From contig OY759974.1 of NCBI GenBank assembly GCA_963662945.1, forward strand, positions 1,824,001 through 1,888,000: DNA of 64,000 bases, given 5' to 3'. Position 1 is the stretch's first letter; the number at the start of each line of letters is the position of its first letter. Positions 63,801 through 64,000 of this stretch are shown piece by piece. The notes under the pieces were generated by a model. It had not been told where the DNA came from, ran no database searches, and saw nothing but the letters and a program-made list of their open reading frames with translations. The position numbers and the translations under genes are program-made. Source of the DNA: Arcobacteraceae bacterium (GTDB lineage Bacteria; Campylobacterota; Campylobacteria; Campylobacterales; Arcobacteraceae).

Positions 63801-64000
63801 ATTTTAATAATTTGAAACCAAACTATAAGTTTAATAACTTTGATATTATTAATATCTCATTTGAACATAGAAAATATTTTATATCGCTTTTAGGATTAAT
63901 TTATCATTTAAATGAAGATAGAGAATTAGACTATATAAAAAATATTGATGACGAGTTTATTAAATTTATATTAGAAAATTATTTTGATTTTTTTAAAGAA
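60845..64000 (+). CDS. Large NACHT/STAND NTPase (bacterial NLR-like), >1050 aa, 3' end outside window
   Basis: Manually translated from GTG 60845 (AGGA RBS); Walker A GEPASGKT, Walker B VLFDSIDEA, IITCR, FFHKSIQEYLSA; frame appears open to the window end. Confidence 0.85.
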   Translation, partial: MDDFIPRYYIDNTTNEKYTFDELISKNNISIILGEPASGKTFQLEEYKKQNNYSKLVELLLIEYEEDITNDIEIVLFDSIDEALSKNDGDKILIKKLLKYIKTSLLINPNVKFIITCRYVEWKEIFEEKLKEIDNEFKIYYIQELSNDDINKLLIQYNINQDEFWNFIEENYLEELLKNILMIIHLIKDFDNYKGQQLKYFEIYEKIIINHLAIKTDNERTKVLDVLSNDEVFKILSLIAIYMTLNRQREINIENILKLGTELYKLDGIEITGEKLKLIFDTSLFNGNIKNTRFFHKSIQEYLSAYFINIKKLDLKTIKNIFAHKEGFYEEFEEVIIYLTNMEERFFYHFVEFDPFIFRRHPYLNESEQKALLVSMLNILSTKDRYKAWNRREYIQDSSLTKFDLIEKISQIVLNNIDINKVTNELLRYLKSLLKFNYDKKLEDIIFKIFENCLVDKNSCINYISVNKITNFEFNKRLFVFIKDNNLFSKETISLQLFIFQILYKKLDFKEIFILLYRFDMYSGLRIINKIDIEDIVFLFKTITENYGVYKKNFLSKQVIHLIFLVLQNTRALSDKTILYNIFDFIASERIYLGHDIHRYKDKTKDFNFDDIKDQFWKYYFKQDINRLYNRRVLSILSFYEISLVDIKDVSTIYHIEKYKDHYISFRSMIADIDDFLMQNIEFKNHMEEIWKKHEEQEKEWRREDEEWKKEIEERDKKALLQFEKAKEKLNTIEDVYIIYDYIDFDIESFDEEENNYSYILQNELKDKYIDFMQIIKNEFIKNTSYKTIKSKVLENEYSSLSYIINLYFKITSEEERKELINNSIDYEKFFWHKYKHGRLHDGHFIEISKLFQNDFIRLVCELFELAMIQSEGKYTKVCGDFIFLFKDLSIFDKYHLKYLLNKIKYIEIDYFKYIDDYEKRYLLELLALDENNYEFIKELLKSDLGKYGNYFESLMQIDINKAINNYMDIIYPQENKYLKFTIQKNFNNLKPNYKFNNFDIINISFEHRKYFISLLGLIYHLNEDRELDYIKNIDDEFIKFILENYFDFFKE

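Overview
Strongly AT-rich chromosomal segment of a Campylobacterota bacterium, probably Arcobacteraceae-like (inferred from gene order and protein style). Most of it is core genome: leuA; pyrH-rpoZ-spoT-tyrS-fabX-amiA; rplY-pth-lptG; amtB-glnK; rpsO; rplI-hslVU-tatD-mltD-rlpA-hisB-kdsC-lptCA-engB; recD2; argJ; rpmB; rseP-pgsA; hrcA-grpE-dnaK. Notable non-routine structure: (1) an integron-type gene cassette (52594-54337) with a well-formed attC, a matching core site and an attI-like site, but no intact integrase. It carries a pentapeptide-like membrane protein and is followed by an orphan antitoxin whose toxin is truncated. (2) An antitoxin-RelE/ParE pair 6 bp upstream of a >1050-aa NACHT/STAND NTPase with no N-terminal effector (candidate defence system; runs off the window). 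(3) A 24-aa leader peptide with four consecutive Leu codons upstream of leuA, without a classical terminator. (4) A phosphorylation-less, GAFTGA-less NtrB/NtrC-derived pair beside amtB-glnK, with an NtrC-like palindrome at a sigma70 promoter. (5) A cAMP/cyclic-dinucleotide module appended to the rplY operon. (6) An OmpR-type two-component system with three paralogous small secreted proteins, two of which share a duplicated direct-repeat promoter. No rRNA, tRNA, CRISPR or IS element was recognised. All calls are by eye; no searches were run.
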